Assembly (NCBI GenBank): GCA_963845565.1
Contig: CAWJSJ010000001.1
Coordinates: 896,001-960,000 of the forward strand
Origin: an uncultured Methylomirabilota bacterium
GTDB lineage: Bacteria > Methylomirabilota > Methylomirabilia > Methylomirabilales > 2-02-FULL-66-22
DNA: 64,000 nt
Direction: 5' to 3'
The notes beneath the pieces are model-generated. The model did no database searches. It worked only from the letters and a program-made list of their open reading frames with translations, and was not told the origin of the DNA. Below are positions 1 through 9,272 of this stretch, piece after piece (the stretch's first letter is position 1; each line of letters begins with the position of its first letter). Position numbers and translations under genes: made by a program.

Positions 1-19
1 TCTGGCCCGTCTGTGCCGG

Positions 20-337
20 TCATCGGGTCGTGCTTGTCGGGCGGCCAGGCACCTTGGGAAAGAAGTCCGCACCCTCTTCCTCTTTGATTTGGCGATACAC
101 CTCGCAGAACCGGCAGGTCAGCTCTTTCCGGGCCGCGGTCCCCTGGATTTCACCGTTACAGTAGGTCCCCGAGACGACCCAGCAGATGCGCCCGGCATTC
201 TCGCCGGCATTCAGCCCATCCAGCGACCCCTCCACTGCGGCGGGACACACCCCCATCTCGCCGATCCGTGTACCCCCGGGCTCCTTCCCGCAGTGGGCCA
301 ATTCCCAGCAGTTCCGCTTCGTCGCCTCGTGGTCCAC
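20..337 (-). CDS. Cys-rich 'two-CW domain' protein
   Basis: 105 aa with NCWE..CG...CPA and GRICW.VSGTYC.G..QG...K...C..C..Y pattern (7 Cys); directly downstream of cheA and preceded by GGGGAGGG RBS. Confidence 0.75.
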   Translation of the reverse strand: MDHEATKRNCWELAHCGKEPGGTRIGEMGVCPAAVEGSLDGLNAGENAGRICWVVSGTYCNGEIQGTAARKELTCRFCEVYRQIKEEEGADFFPKVPGRPTSTTR

Positions 338-388
338 GTGTCCCTCCCCGCCCCCAACTGTCGCCCGTTCCCGCGCGCCGAATTCACG

Positions 389-2245
389 CTAGGCGGCGCA
401 CCGGACCGGCCTACCCGACGCCATTCGCACCAGACCCGGTACGTCCAGGATCAACGCGACCCGACCGTCCCCCATGATGGTGGCCCCGGACACCCCATCC
501 ACGCGCTGGTAGTTCGCCTCCAGGCTCTTGATGACGACCTGATGTTGCCCGACCAGCTCGTCCACCAGGAGCGCCACCTGGTTCCGACCGTTCTCGACGA
601 TGACCAGAAGGCTCTGGGTCGGGTCGGTGACCCGCGGCGTCACCGCCAGCACGTCGTACAGCCGCACGATGGGCAAGACCCGGCCGCGCACGTTCACGAC
701 CTCCCCCTCGCCGACGATGGACTGCACCTGCCCGACCTTCGGCCGGATGGATTCGGTGATGTTCACCAGGGGAATGATGTAGGTCTCGTCGCCCACCTGG
801 ACCGAGAGCCCGTCCAGGATGGCCAGCGTCAGGGGCAGTTTGATCGTGAACTTCGTGCCGGACCCGCGCACCGATGTGATGGCGACCTGTCCGCCCAGCG
901 CCCGGATGTTCCGCTGGACCACATCCATTCCCACCCCGCGGCCCGACACGTCGGTCACCCGCTCGGCCGTGGAGAACCCCGGTCGAAAGATGAGCGCGTA
1001 CACCTGATCGTCCGTCAGCGGCTCCCCGTCTTTCATGAGTCCGTTCTCGACCGCTTTGCGTTGGATCCGCGCCTTGTCGAGTCCCTGGCCGTCGTCTTCG
1101 ACCTCGATGAAGATGCTGCCACCCTGGTGAAAGGCGTGCAGCCGCACGACACCCTGCTCGGGCTTGCCCGCGGCGCGCCGCGTCTCGGGCAGCTCGACCC
1201 CGTGGTCCACGCTGTTCCGGACCAGGTGCGTCAAGGGGTCGCCGATCCGGTCAATCACCGTCTTGTCCAGTTCCGTCTCTTCCCCGCTGACCTCGAGGGC
1301 GATCTGCTTCCCAAGCGTCCCCGCCAGATCGCGGACCAGGCGGTGGAACCGGGTAAACACCGTCTTGATCGGTTGCATCCGCACGGCCATCACCCGCTCC
1401 TGCAGGTCGCGGGTGTGGCGCTCCATGGCCCCGACCGCCTCGGTCAACTGCGACAGCTGCCCCACGGTGAACTTGGACACGATCTGCGCCAGCATGGACT
1501 GGGTGATGACCATCTCGCCCACCAGGTTGACCAGCTTGTCCACCTTGTCGGTCTGAACGCGAATGCTCGCCGCATCGGCGCGCGGCGGCGCCGTCGCCTG
1601 CGCCTCCAGCGCACGCGCCAGCTGTTCCGGCGTGACGGCCTTCTCCTCCACCAGGATCTCGCCCACCCGTCGCTGTTTCTTGAGGGCCGCGGTCAACTGA
1701 TCCGGCGTGACGGCCTGCTGGGAGACCAGGATCTCCCCCAGCTTCGGCCGCGCCGCTTCCGCCGCCCCGTCGTCCGACCGGTCTGCGACCGGCGCCTCTG
1801 CGGGAGGCGGCGCCGAAGCAACCGGAGTCGTAATCACAGGCGCGGGCACCGTAGCCTCGCCGCCGCTCTCCGCGTACGCGCGCAACTCCTCGATGAGGTG
1901 CGCAGCGTTCGTCGACCCGTCTTCCGGACGTCCCAGGGATTTGAGCTTCAGCTTCAGCATGTCGAGCGAGCGCAGAAGGAGATTCATCCCTGCCCGGTTG
2001 ACACGCAGCCGCCCCTTGCGCATCCGATCCAGCACGTCCTCCAGGCTGTGGGTGAAATGCGCCACGTCGCTGAAACCCAGCATGGCGCTATTCCCCTTGA
2101 TGGTGTGAGCGGAGCGAAAGATCTTGTTGAGGACCTCGGAGTCGTCGGGGGTCTGTTCCAGATCCAGCAACCCCTGCTCGAAGGCCTCGACGAGTTCCGC
2201 GGCTTCCTCGGTAAATGCTTGAATGAGATCGAGATCCTCTTCCAT
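389..2245 (-). CDS. cheA: Chemotaxis histidine kinase CheA
   Basis: Hpt (FRSAHTIKG), dimerisation (SIRV..DKVDKLVNLVGEMVI), HATPase (HLVRNSVDHG, DDGQG, GFST, SGRGVGMDVV) and C-terminal CheW domain; ATG at 2245 after AAGGAG RBS. Confidence 0.97.
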   Translation of the reverse strand: MEEDLDLIQAFTEEAAELVEAFEQGLLDLEQTPDDSEVLNKIFRSAHTIKGNSAMLGFSDVAHFTHSLEDVLDRMRKGRLRVNRAGMNLLLRSLDMLKLKLKSLGRPEDGSTNAAHLIEELRAYAESGGEATVPAPVITTPVASAPPPAEAPVADRSDDGAAEAARPKLGEILVSQQAVTPDQLTAALKKQRRVGEILVEEKAVTPEQLARALEAQATAPPRADAASIRVQTDKVDKLVNLVGEMVITQSMLAQIVSKFTVGQLSQLTEAVGAMERHTRDLQERVMAVRMQPIKTVFTRFHRLVRDLAGTLGKQIALEVSGEETELDKTVIDRIGDPLTHLVRNSVDHGVELPETRRAAGKPEQGVVRLHAFHQGGSIFIEVEDDGQGLDKARIQRKAVENGLMKDGEPLTDDQVYALIFRPGFSTAERVTDVSGRGVGMDVVQRNIRALGGQVAITSVRGSGTKFTIKLPLTLAILDGLSVQVGDETYIIPLVNITESIRPKVGQVQSIVGEGEVVNVRGRVLPIVRLYDVLAVTPRVTDPTQSLLVIVENGRNQVALLVDELVGQHQVVIKSLEANYQRVDGVSGATIMGDGRVALILDVPGLVRMASGRPVRCAA

Positions 2246-2252
2246 GGCGTCG

Positions 2253-2684
2253 CTACGCTCCTTGCGCCTCTGGCATCGGGTGGGCTCGCTCCTGGCCCGC
2301 CATCCGTCGAATGACCATGCCGATGACGCTGCACAGTTGGTCCGCCGCGAACGGCTTGACGATCCACCCGGTCGCGCCGGCGGCCTTCCCCGCCGCTTTG
2401 ACGTCCGGCTCATACTCTGTGGTCAGGGCCAGGACCGGCGTGCGCGAGAACCGCTCCGTCTGGCGCACCGCCCGGATGAACGCGAGCCCATCCATACGCG
2501 GCATATTGATATCCGTGAGGATGGCATGAATCTCGGCGTCACCCTGGAGCCGGCTCAACCCCTCGATCCCGTCGGATGCCTCCACGACCCGGTATCCCCC
2601 GGCCACCAGGGCGCGGACGATCATGCCGCGCATCGTCGGGGAGTCGTCCACGACCAGCACGGTGCCCGCGTTCCCCGCACTCAT
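2253..2684 (-). CDS. cheY: CheY-like single-domain response regulator
   Basis: VLVVDDS, TDINMPRMDG, LTTE, GATGWIVKPF; immediately upstream of cheA. Confidence 0.9.
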   Translation of the reverse strand: MSAGNAGTVLVVDDSPTMRGMIVRALVAGGYRVVEASDGIEGLSRLQGDAEIHAILTDINMPRMDGLAFIRAVRQTERFSRTPVLALTTEYEPDVKAAGKAAGATGWIVKPFAADQLCSVIGMVIRRMAGQERAHPMPEAQGA

Positions 2685-2899
2685 GACGCCACTCGGCTTG
2701 CCGAGGGGAGGTCGACGGGGGGGCGACTTTCCTCGAAGAGTCCGTCCAGTTGGCTGCGCCGAAACCGCCACTGGCCGCCGATCTTGGCCGCCGGCACGTC
2801 GCCTCGTGCCGCCAGTGAGTAGAGCGTCCGGCGCTTGATCCGTAGGTAGCGAGAGGCTTCCTCGAGGTTCAGGACTTCCTCGGCATGCGATTCATCCAT
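2681..2899 (-). CDS. Excisionase-like (HTH_17/MerR-type) DNA-binding protein
   Basis: EVLNLEEASRYLRIKRRTLYSLAARGDVPAAKIGGQWRF pattern; GGGAG RBS; ATGA overlap with cheY. Confidence 0.85.
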   Translation of the reverse strand: MDESHAEEVLNLEEASRYLRIKRRTLYSLAARGDVPAAKIGGQWRFRRSQLDGLFEESRPPVDLPSASRVAS

Positions 2900-3250
2900 G
2901 TTTTCGACTCCCTTTACTTTGATGATGCGCCGCGCCAAGTCCGGATCGCCGCCCGAGATGTGTGTTGTCGCCGCCTCACCACACACCCCCGTGTGCCGGC
3001 GCGGGATTGCGCATCCCCTGCCAAACCGACAGTCGAGTGCGGGACACTGACACCGAGAACGCCCTACTGTCGTTCTAGGAGATTCATCGGCAGATGCAGC
3101 GAATGGGTTAAGGAAATTCCGTGAAGGCAGTGGAGGGATGTGCAACATTCGGGAGAGAAACGCCCCATGCCGACATCGTCATGTCGGCCCAGGTTCGCTC
3201 CGCACCGGGCCCGGCGGGGGTCTGACACGCGCGAGGAATAGGGGCGATGA

Positions 3251-6034
3251 CTACGAGGTAGGGGTCACCGACGGAGACGGTGCGCCGAGGCGCTGGCCGG
3301 AGAGGTCCGCATCGCGGACGCAGTCCCAGATCTCTTCAAGTTTGAAGGGCTTGGCGACGCAGCGGAGGCCGGTCCGCTCCAGGAAGCGACTGGTGTCCAT
3401 GTTGACGGTGTCCCCCGTCATGATGATCACCCGCGGCGGAGCGCTCTTCCCACGGATCACGTCGTCGTAGATTCGGTCGCCGCTGAACCCCGGCATCTTC
3501 ATGTCCATGAAGACGAGATCGAACTCCCCGGTGGTCAGCTTCTCGACGGCCGCGCGACCATCCTTGGCGACCTCGACCTGATGGCCGTCCATCCGCAAGG
3601 CGTCCGACACCAAACGCACGATGGCCTCCTCGTCGTCGGCGACCAGGATCCGCTTGCCACCGGGCGGAACCGCCGTGGGGACCGGGGGCTCGCCCGGCGT
3701 GTCCTCCACCCCGGCCTGGACCGGCAACTCCACCTCGAACCACGCCCCGCCCTGTGGACGGTTACCGGCGCGGAGGCGCCCGCCGTGTTCGTGGACGATC
3801 GCGTAACAGATGGCAAGGCCCAGCCCGGTGCCCTTCCCGACGTCTCGGGTGGTGAAGAACGGGTCGAAGATCTTCCCCAGGGCATCGGTGGGGATCCCGG
3901 GCCCGGTGTCCGCCACGCCCGCCGTCACCCACCCCTGCACGGGATCCACGGCAACGCTCACCTCGATCCGCCGCTCCGGCCTGCCGACGACCGCCTGCTC
4001 GGCGTTGGAGAGGAGATGGAGGAACACCTGTTGAATCTGATCCGGGTCCGCCATCACCGCCGGAATCTCCGCCGGGATGCGCCGCACCACGGTGATGTTG
4101 TGCAGCGTGAAATCCTGTGCGCGGGCGCCCAGCACCTCTTCGAGGAGGTGATCCACCCGCACGGACTGCCGCTCCGGCGACTGGGACCGCGCGAAGGTGA
4201 GCAGGCTGCGCACGATCTTGACGGTGCGCTCCGCCTCGCTGACCAGGATCTCCGCGCGCTGGCGGGTGACCTCGTCGACGGCGCGCAGTTTGAGCAGTTG
4301 CGCGTTGCCGAAGATGGCGGTCAGGGGGTTGTTCAGCTCGTGCGCCACGCCGGAAATCATGCGGCCCATCGCCGCCATCTTCTCGTGTTGGGCGAGTTGC
4401 TGCTGAAGCTGCCGCTGCGCCGCGACGTCCTTCGAAATCTGGACGACACCGACCAGCCGCCCGCGGGCGTCCAGGAACGGGGAATGGGTCTGCAGGAAGA
4501 TCTCGCCGGTCCCCGGAATCTCCCATTCTCCGGTCACGGCCTCCCGTGACTCGACGCAGCGGTTGAAGGCGGACCGCGTGGTTTGGCTGCCGGCCTCCTC
4601 GAACACCTCGTCGCCTCGGCGTCCGATGAGCACCCGCGGTTCGACCCCGAGGCGGCGCGCCAGCGCCCGGTTGACCCGCAGGATCCGGTAGTCGACACCG
4701 ATCACGGCGATCATGTCCGCCGCCGCGTCGAACGTGTTCTCCCACTCCCGCTTTGCCTGCGACACCTCCCCGAACAGCCGGGCGTTCTCCATCGCCACGG
4801 CCGCCTGGGTGGCAAACAAGCTCAGCATCTGCCGATCGCTCTCGCTGAACCGCCGATCGGCATCCTCGCTGGCCACGGCGATCACCCCCAGCAACCGGTC
4901 GCCGTGTACCAGGGGTTCCGCCACCATCGCCGCGATCCGCGCCCCCTCCATGAACAGTGGCTGGGCGTAGGCCGATGCCTGGTAGGCGTTGACCACCATG
5001 CCTCGGCGCCGCTCGGCAACGCTTCCGATCGCCCCCTCGCCGCGCCGCCACCGCACCGCCCGGAACAACTCCTCGTGTCCCCACCAGGCGCTGGGCACGA
5101 GGACCTGCGCGGCATCGTCCCACAGCGACACGCCGCCCGACGTGCCCCCGACTAACCCGACCGCACGCCGGGTCACGACATCCAGCACGGTCGGCAGATC
5201 GAGCTCCCGGACGATCTCCGCCGTCGCCGTCCGCATCGTTTCGAGTTGGCGCATGCGCTCGGCCAGTGCCCCCTCCGCGCGCTTGCGCTCGGTGATATCC
5301 TCCAGGCTCCCCTCGTACCAGAGCACCTGGCCGGCCGTATCCCGCACGACCCGCGCGTTGTTTCTGAACCACGCGACGGAGCCGTCCCGACGCCGGAACG
5401 CGATCTCGTAGTCCCGCACGACCCCGTCCTGCTCTGCCCGCCGTTGCCACTCCGCGAAATCCTCCAGATGCACGTACAGGTCGGCGGCACGGACGGCCTT
5501 GAGACTTCCCCGGCTCGGATACCGCAACATGTCCACCAGCGCAGGATTGACGTCCAGGAACTCCCCCGCCTGCGTGGCTCGGTACAAGCCCACGGGCACC
5601 CGATCGAAGAGGTCCTGATACCGGACCGCGACATCGTCCAGGCGGCGCTGCTGCTCGACCCGATCGAGGGCGGACCGGACCGCGGTTGACAGCCGAGCCA
5701 GATGGCGGTGCGACTTCAGGATATAGTCGTCCACACCCGCCTTAATCGCCGCGATCGCGATCTCTTCGTTGCCGCTTCCGGTGACCATGAGGACCGGCAT
5801 CTCCGGCCATCTCGCCTTGATCGCGCGCGAGATCGCCAGGCCGTCCGTCCAGGGCAACAGGTAGTCGCACAGGACCAGATCGAACGCACCGGCCTCCATC
5901 GCGCACGCCAATTCCTGCTCGCTCGACACCTGCTGAACCTGGAGGTCGGCAAACCCCTGGCCCAGCTCCTGGATGATCCGGGCGCGATCAACCGGATTGT
6001 CGTCAATCAGCACTATGCGGATGGGGCTCGACAC
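3251..6034 (-). CDS. Cytoplasmic hybrid sensor histidine kinase (REC-PAS-GAF-PAS-HisKA-HATPase-REC)
   Basis: N-terminal REC (LIDDN, LCDYLLP), PAS ending DITERK, GAF, H-box [19 protein letters not shown] boxes, C-terminal REC (MDMKMP, KPF). Confidence 0.95.
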   Translation of the reverse strand: MSSPIRIVLIDDNPVDRARIIQELGQGFADLQVQQVSSEQELACAMEAGAFDLVLCDYLLPWTDGLAISRAIKARWPEMPVLMVTGSGNEEIAIAAIKAGVDDYILKSHRHLARLSTAVRSALDRVEQQRRLDDVAVRYQDLFDRVPVGLYRATQAGEFLDVNPALVDMLRYPSRGSLKAVRAADLYVHLEDFAEWQRRAEQDGVVRDYEIAFRRRDGSVAWFRNNARVVRDTAGQVLWYEGSLEDITERKRAEGALAERMRQLETMRTATAEIVRELDLPTVLDVVTRRAVGLVGGTSGGVSLWDDAAQVLVPSAWWGHEELFRAVRWRRGEGAIGSVAERRRGMVVNAYQASAYAQPLFMEGARIAAMVAEPLVHGDRLLGVIAVASEDADRRFSESDRQMLSLFATQAAVAMENARLFGEVSQAKREWENTFDAAADMIAVIGVDYRILRVNRALARRLGVEPRVLIGRRGDEVFEEAGSQTTRSAFNRCVESREAVTGEWEIPGTGEIFLQTHSPFLDARGRLVGVVQISKDVAAQRQLQQQLAQHEKMAAMGRMISGVAHELNNPLTAIFGNAQLLKLRAVDEVTRQRAEILVSEAERTVKIVRSLLTFARSQSPERQSVRVDHLLEEVLGARAQDFTLHNITVVRRIPAEIPAVMADPDQIQQVFLHLLSNAEQAVVGRPERRIEVSVAVDPVQGWVTAGVADTGPGIPTDALGKIFDPFFTTRDVGKGTGLGLAICYAIVHEHGGRLRAGNRPQGGAWFEVELPVQAGVEDTPGEPPVPTAVPPGGKRILVADDEEAIVRLVSDALRMDGHQVEVAKDGRAAVEKLTTGEFDLVFMDMKMPGFSGDRIYDDVIRGKSAPPRVIIMTGDTVNMDTSRFLERTGLRCVAKPFKLEEIWDCVRDADLSGQRLGAPSPSVTPTS

Positions 6035-6333
6035 GACGTCGGATCTCCCTCAAAAATACTGCTCTGGGACGCATCGCCGAACGGCGCGCAACCGCCGCGC
6101 CCGCGAAACCCGGTGACTGCTATGGACGCGACTCCGGAAGCGCACCCCGGGGGAGAATCCCCGTCTCTGGTCGCAGACGGCAGCCTGCGGCGGAACGACC
6201 GGTGTCAGTGGTATTGTCCGTTCCGTTTTCGCGCTTGTCAACGGCTTCCTGCGGCAGAGCATCTTGTGGTGCGCCTGTTGACGGATCATCAACGCAAGCG
6301 GTTCCCCGACCCCTCACATCCGTCAGAATCCTT

Positions 6334-7167
6334 TCACCCCACACTTGGAGTCGAACTCCGATCCGTTTCCAGAGCAAACAGGATGCCTGTACACACCCGC
6401 CCGTCAAGGATCGCACAGACACGCACCCGAATCTCTCTCCCCTGTAACTGGAGCGTCGTGCGACAGGAGTGCGGCTCCACAGCGTTCTCGAACTCGGCCA
6501 GCAGGCTCCCCAGCACGGCCGCCTCGCGAGGCGAGACAAGGTCGGTCACGGATCGACCGATCAGGCTCGCCTCCTTTGCCCGCAGGGCCTCGCACGCCCC
6601 GGGATTGGCGGACACGATCCGACCCGTGAGATCCAGTTCGAGCACGTCGGCGCCAAGCGCCCGGAGGATATTCTGATGGCGCCGGCGCTCCTCGAGCATC
6701 TCGCGGACGACCGGCAGCGGCTGGATCTGATCATAGCCAACGATCCCCTCGGCGACCGTGGCATCGTTCCCGGCCTGGTACCGCCGGATGGCCGACAGGA
6801 GATGCTGATAACTGATCGGGAGGGGGCCTTTGGCGACGTACGCGTCCGCGCTCATCTCCGGGAAGGCGCGGTAGTCCCGCGGGCTCAGCGACGAGAACGC
6901 GATGACGAACGTGTCGCGAAGTGCCGGGTCCTGGCGGAGGAGCCAGCACACCCGCGCCCCGTCGAGTTTGGGCATGATCACGTCGAGCACCGCGCAATCC
7001 GGCTTCTCCTTCCGACACAACTCCAGCGCCTCGAGCCCATCCTGCGCCACGCGCACCACAAAACCGCTCTCACGCAGGAAATCCCCCACCGCTTCGCGGA
7101 GCAGCGCATCGTTATCCGCGAGCACGATGGACTTAATCCCCTTGCCTTTGCTGGATCGCTTGGTCAT
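6334..7167 (-). CDS. Response regulator, REC + PAS, no recognisable output domain
   Basis: LADND, VLDVIMPKLDG, ADAYVAK; C-terminal PAS (LDLTGRIVSANPGACEAL); GGGAG RBS before ATG 7167. Confidence 0.85.
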   Translation of the reverse strand: MTKRSSKGKGIKSIVLADNDALLREAVGDFLRESGFVVRVAQDGLEALELCRKEKPDCAVLDVIMPKLDGARVCWLLRQDPALRDTFVIAFSSLSPRDYRAFPEMSADAYVAKGPLPISYQHLLSAIRRYQAGNDATVAEGIVGYDQIQPLPVVREMLEERRRHQNILRALGADVLELDLTGRIVSANPGACEALRAKEASLIGRSVTDLVSPREAAVLGSLLAEFENAVEPHSCRTTLQLQGREIRVRVCAILDGRVCTGILFALETDRSSTPSVG

Positions 7168-7242
7168 GGCACTCCCTTGTTCCGGTTCTTGTATCGCGCT
7201 GGTCACGCCCCGAGGCCGCCTGCCGCTCCGTCGTCTCGTTCC

Positions 7243-7271
7243 AGACTACCAATGCCGGGCCGAAGTGTCAA
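7243..7271 (-). promoter_or_regulatory. Putative sigma70 promoter for the REC-PAS gene
   Basis: Minus strand TTGACA-N17-TAGTCT. Confidence 0.6.
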
Positions 7272-7412
7272 ACCACCGTTCGCGCTCGAGTCGAGCGGTG
7301 GACTTGCGCGTGCATCCTTCCCACCCGCGAGGTCACGGCGGACTCACGCAAACACCTTGTGCCCACCGCGCAGGCGGTCGCGCGGGAACGCCGCCTCACA
7401 TCACCCCCGGCG

Positions 7413-8105
7413 TTACAGATGCCTGAGATACCCCGGGCCACCGAGTTGACGCATCTGCCCCTCGATCCAGCCGGCGCGCCCGCGCACGTAGGCAGACGGG
7501 CGCCGCGCGTGAAGCCGGGCCGGATTCGGCAGCACGGCGGCCAGCAGTGCGGCCTCCTGCGGCTGAAGATCCGGTGTGCGTCTTCCGAAAAACGCCTGGG
7601 CGGCAGCCGCCACTCCGTAGGTTCCCTCGCCGAACTCCGCGATGTTCAGGTAGACCTCCAGAATCCGGCGCTTCGGCCACAACGACTCCAACAACACCGT
7701 GAAATACGCCTCCAACCCCTTCCGCAGGTAACTGCGACCCTGCCAGAGAAATAGATTCCGCGCGACCTGCTGGGTGATGGTGCTCGCACCCCGGATGCGC
7801 CCCGTCTCGTCGGCCTGCTCGACCGCGTCCGCGATGGACTCGAAGTCAAACCCCCAGTGGTGCGGAAACTTCTGATCCTCAGCGGCCACCACGGCCAGGC
7901 GCATCGGCGGGGGAATCGTGGACCAATCGGTCCACCGATAACGAATCGCGGGGGAGGGGTTCCCGCCGAACAGTCCAGCCAGGCGCTTTTCCAGCATCAC
8001 CGCACTGGTCGGCGGACGGATCCACCGGATGCACAGGACGGGAACGACGGTGAGCGCGACGAACGCCACCAGTGTACGAAATGCCCAGCGAGTAAGCCAG
8101 CTCAT
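7413..8105 (-). CDS. mtgA: Monofunctional biosynthetic peptidoglycan transglycosylase
   Basis: AAEDQKFPHHWGFD, RGASTITQQVARNLFL, RKGLEAY, RILEVYLN transglycosylase motifs; N-terminal TM; start uncertain. Confidence 0.93.
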   Translation of the reverse strand: MSWLTRWAFRTLVAFVALTVVPVLCIRWIRPPTSAVMLEKRLAGLFGGNPSPAIRYRWTDWSTIPPPMRLAVVAAEDQKFPHHWGFDFESIADAVEQADETGRIRGASTITQQVARNLFLWQGRSYLRKGLEAYFTVLLESLWPKRRILEVYLNIAEFGEGTYGVAAAAQAFFGRRTPDLQPQEAALLAAVLPNPARLHARRPSAYVRGRAGWIEGQMRQLGGPGYLRHL

Positions 8106-8116
8106 ACGCCGCACAG

Positions 8117-9121
8117 TCAGCCCACCGCCTCCATCGCCCGCCGCCACGCCTCTAGAACCTTCTCGTACTCCCCATCGATGACGGCATCTACCTTTTTCGA
8201 CTCAGGGTGCGCGTCCAGCCAAGCCAGCGATCGGCGAATTCCCTCGGCGAAGGGCATCGTGGCCCGGAACTCCGGCACGTAACGCTTGATCTTACTATTG
8301 TCGAATATCGCGCTGTGCGCCTTGTCGCCTAGCAGGGACTTGCCCCGCTCGGGACACACCCGGGCCACGAAATCCGAGGGGACGTGCACGATCCGCGGGC
8401 CGGCGCCGAGCGCCAGACCGATGGTCTGGTGGATGGTTTCCCAGGTCAGGAACTCGTCGGAGGTGATATGGAACGCCTGGCCTATTGCCGTCGGATTCCC
8501 GAGCAGGCCGATGAAACCCCGCGCGAAATCTGACGCGTGCGTGAGCGTCCACAGAGATTGACCGTCCCCCGGGACGACGATCTCCTTCCCGTCGAGAATG
8601 CGTCGAGCCACCGTGTAGTCCCTGGACCCGAAACAGGTAGGAATCCATCCGTCATCATAGGTATGGGAGGGGCGGACGACGGTGTAGGGAAACCTGGAAT
8701 CCTCCCACGCTCGCTCGAGGAGTCGCTCGCACGCGATCTTGTTCTGGGAGTATTCCCAGAAAGGGTTCCCGAGCGGGGTCGACTCGGTGATCACCGGGTG
8801 CGGGAGCGGTTTACGGTATGCGGAGGCGGAACTGATGAACACGTACTGCGCCGTGCGATCCCGGAAGCGCGCGATATCCGCCTCCACGTGCTCTGGGAGG
8901 TAGCCCAGCCATTGGATCACGCTGTCGAAGCGCATCCCACCCAAGGCGCGGCGGACTTCATCCGCGTTCCGGATATCCGCCCGCAGCGTCGTGACGCCGT
9001 GCGGTGCCTTCTCGGGACGGGTTCCCCGATTGAGATGGATGACCTCCAGGTTCTTTTCCAGGGCACGGCGGGTACACGCCAAGGAGATATTGCCGGTTCC
9101 GCCGATGAACAGGACGCGCAT
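8117..9121 (-). CDS. NAD-dependent epimerase/dehydratase (extended SDR)
   Basis: GGTGNIS Rossmann motif, FISSASAY, YSQNK catalytic YxxxK, VRPSHTY. Confidence 0.9.
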   Translation of the reverse strand: MRVLFIGGTGNISLACTRRALEKNLEVIHLNRGTRPEKAPHGVTTLRADIRNADEVRRALGGMRFDSVIQWLGYLPEHVEADIARFRDRTAQYVFISSASAYRKPLPHPVITESTPLGNPFWEYSQNKIACERLLERAWEDSRFPYTVVRPSHTYDDGWIPTCFGSRDYTVARRILDGKEIVVPGDGQSLWTLTHASDFARGFIGLLGNPTAIGQAFHITSDEFLTWETIHQTIGLALGAGPRIVHVPSDFVARVCPERGKSLLGDKAHSAIFDNSKIKRYVPEFRATMPFAEGIRRSLAWLDAHPESKKVDAVIDGEYEKVLEAWRRAMEAVG

Positions 9122-9272
9122 TCAACCCTCCGTTCAGCATCGCGAGCCCTCTACCCCGGGGACCCATCGCCAGGCGAGGCGGTTTGGGATTTCCGCCAAT
9201 CTGGCGCCGTTCAAAATGGCGAATTTCCCCGTTGAAAATATCTCAGATTAATTATGAGATGTTCCGGATAAG

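Noticed and set aside
89..2314. Long antisense/alternative-frame ORFs (e.g. 89-2314 +, 35719-37647 +, 44067-46565 +, 60052-62043 +)
   Set aside because: Shadow ORFs typical of high-GC DNA; they lie opposite genes with clear family motifs and have no motifs of their own.
2681..2899. Excisionase marking an integrated element
   Set aside because: No integrase or att sites; the gene is translationally coupled to cheY.
2900..3250. c-di-GMP riboswitch or sigma54 promoter upstream of the che operon
   Set aside because: No GEMM core (GCAAA..GAAA..GACGCAAAG) was seen, and the TGGCA..GC candidate lacks the TTGC -12 element.
9237..9263. AT-rich inverted repeat after htpG as an ncRNA
   Set aside because: A short imperfect stem only; more simply a terminator or operator, with too little evidence to call.
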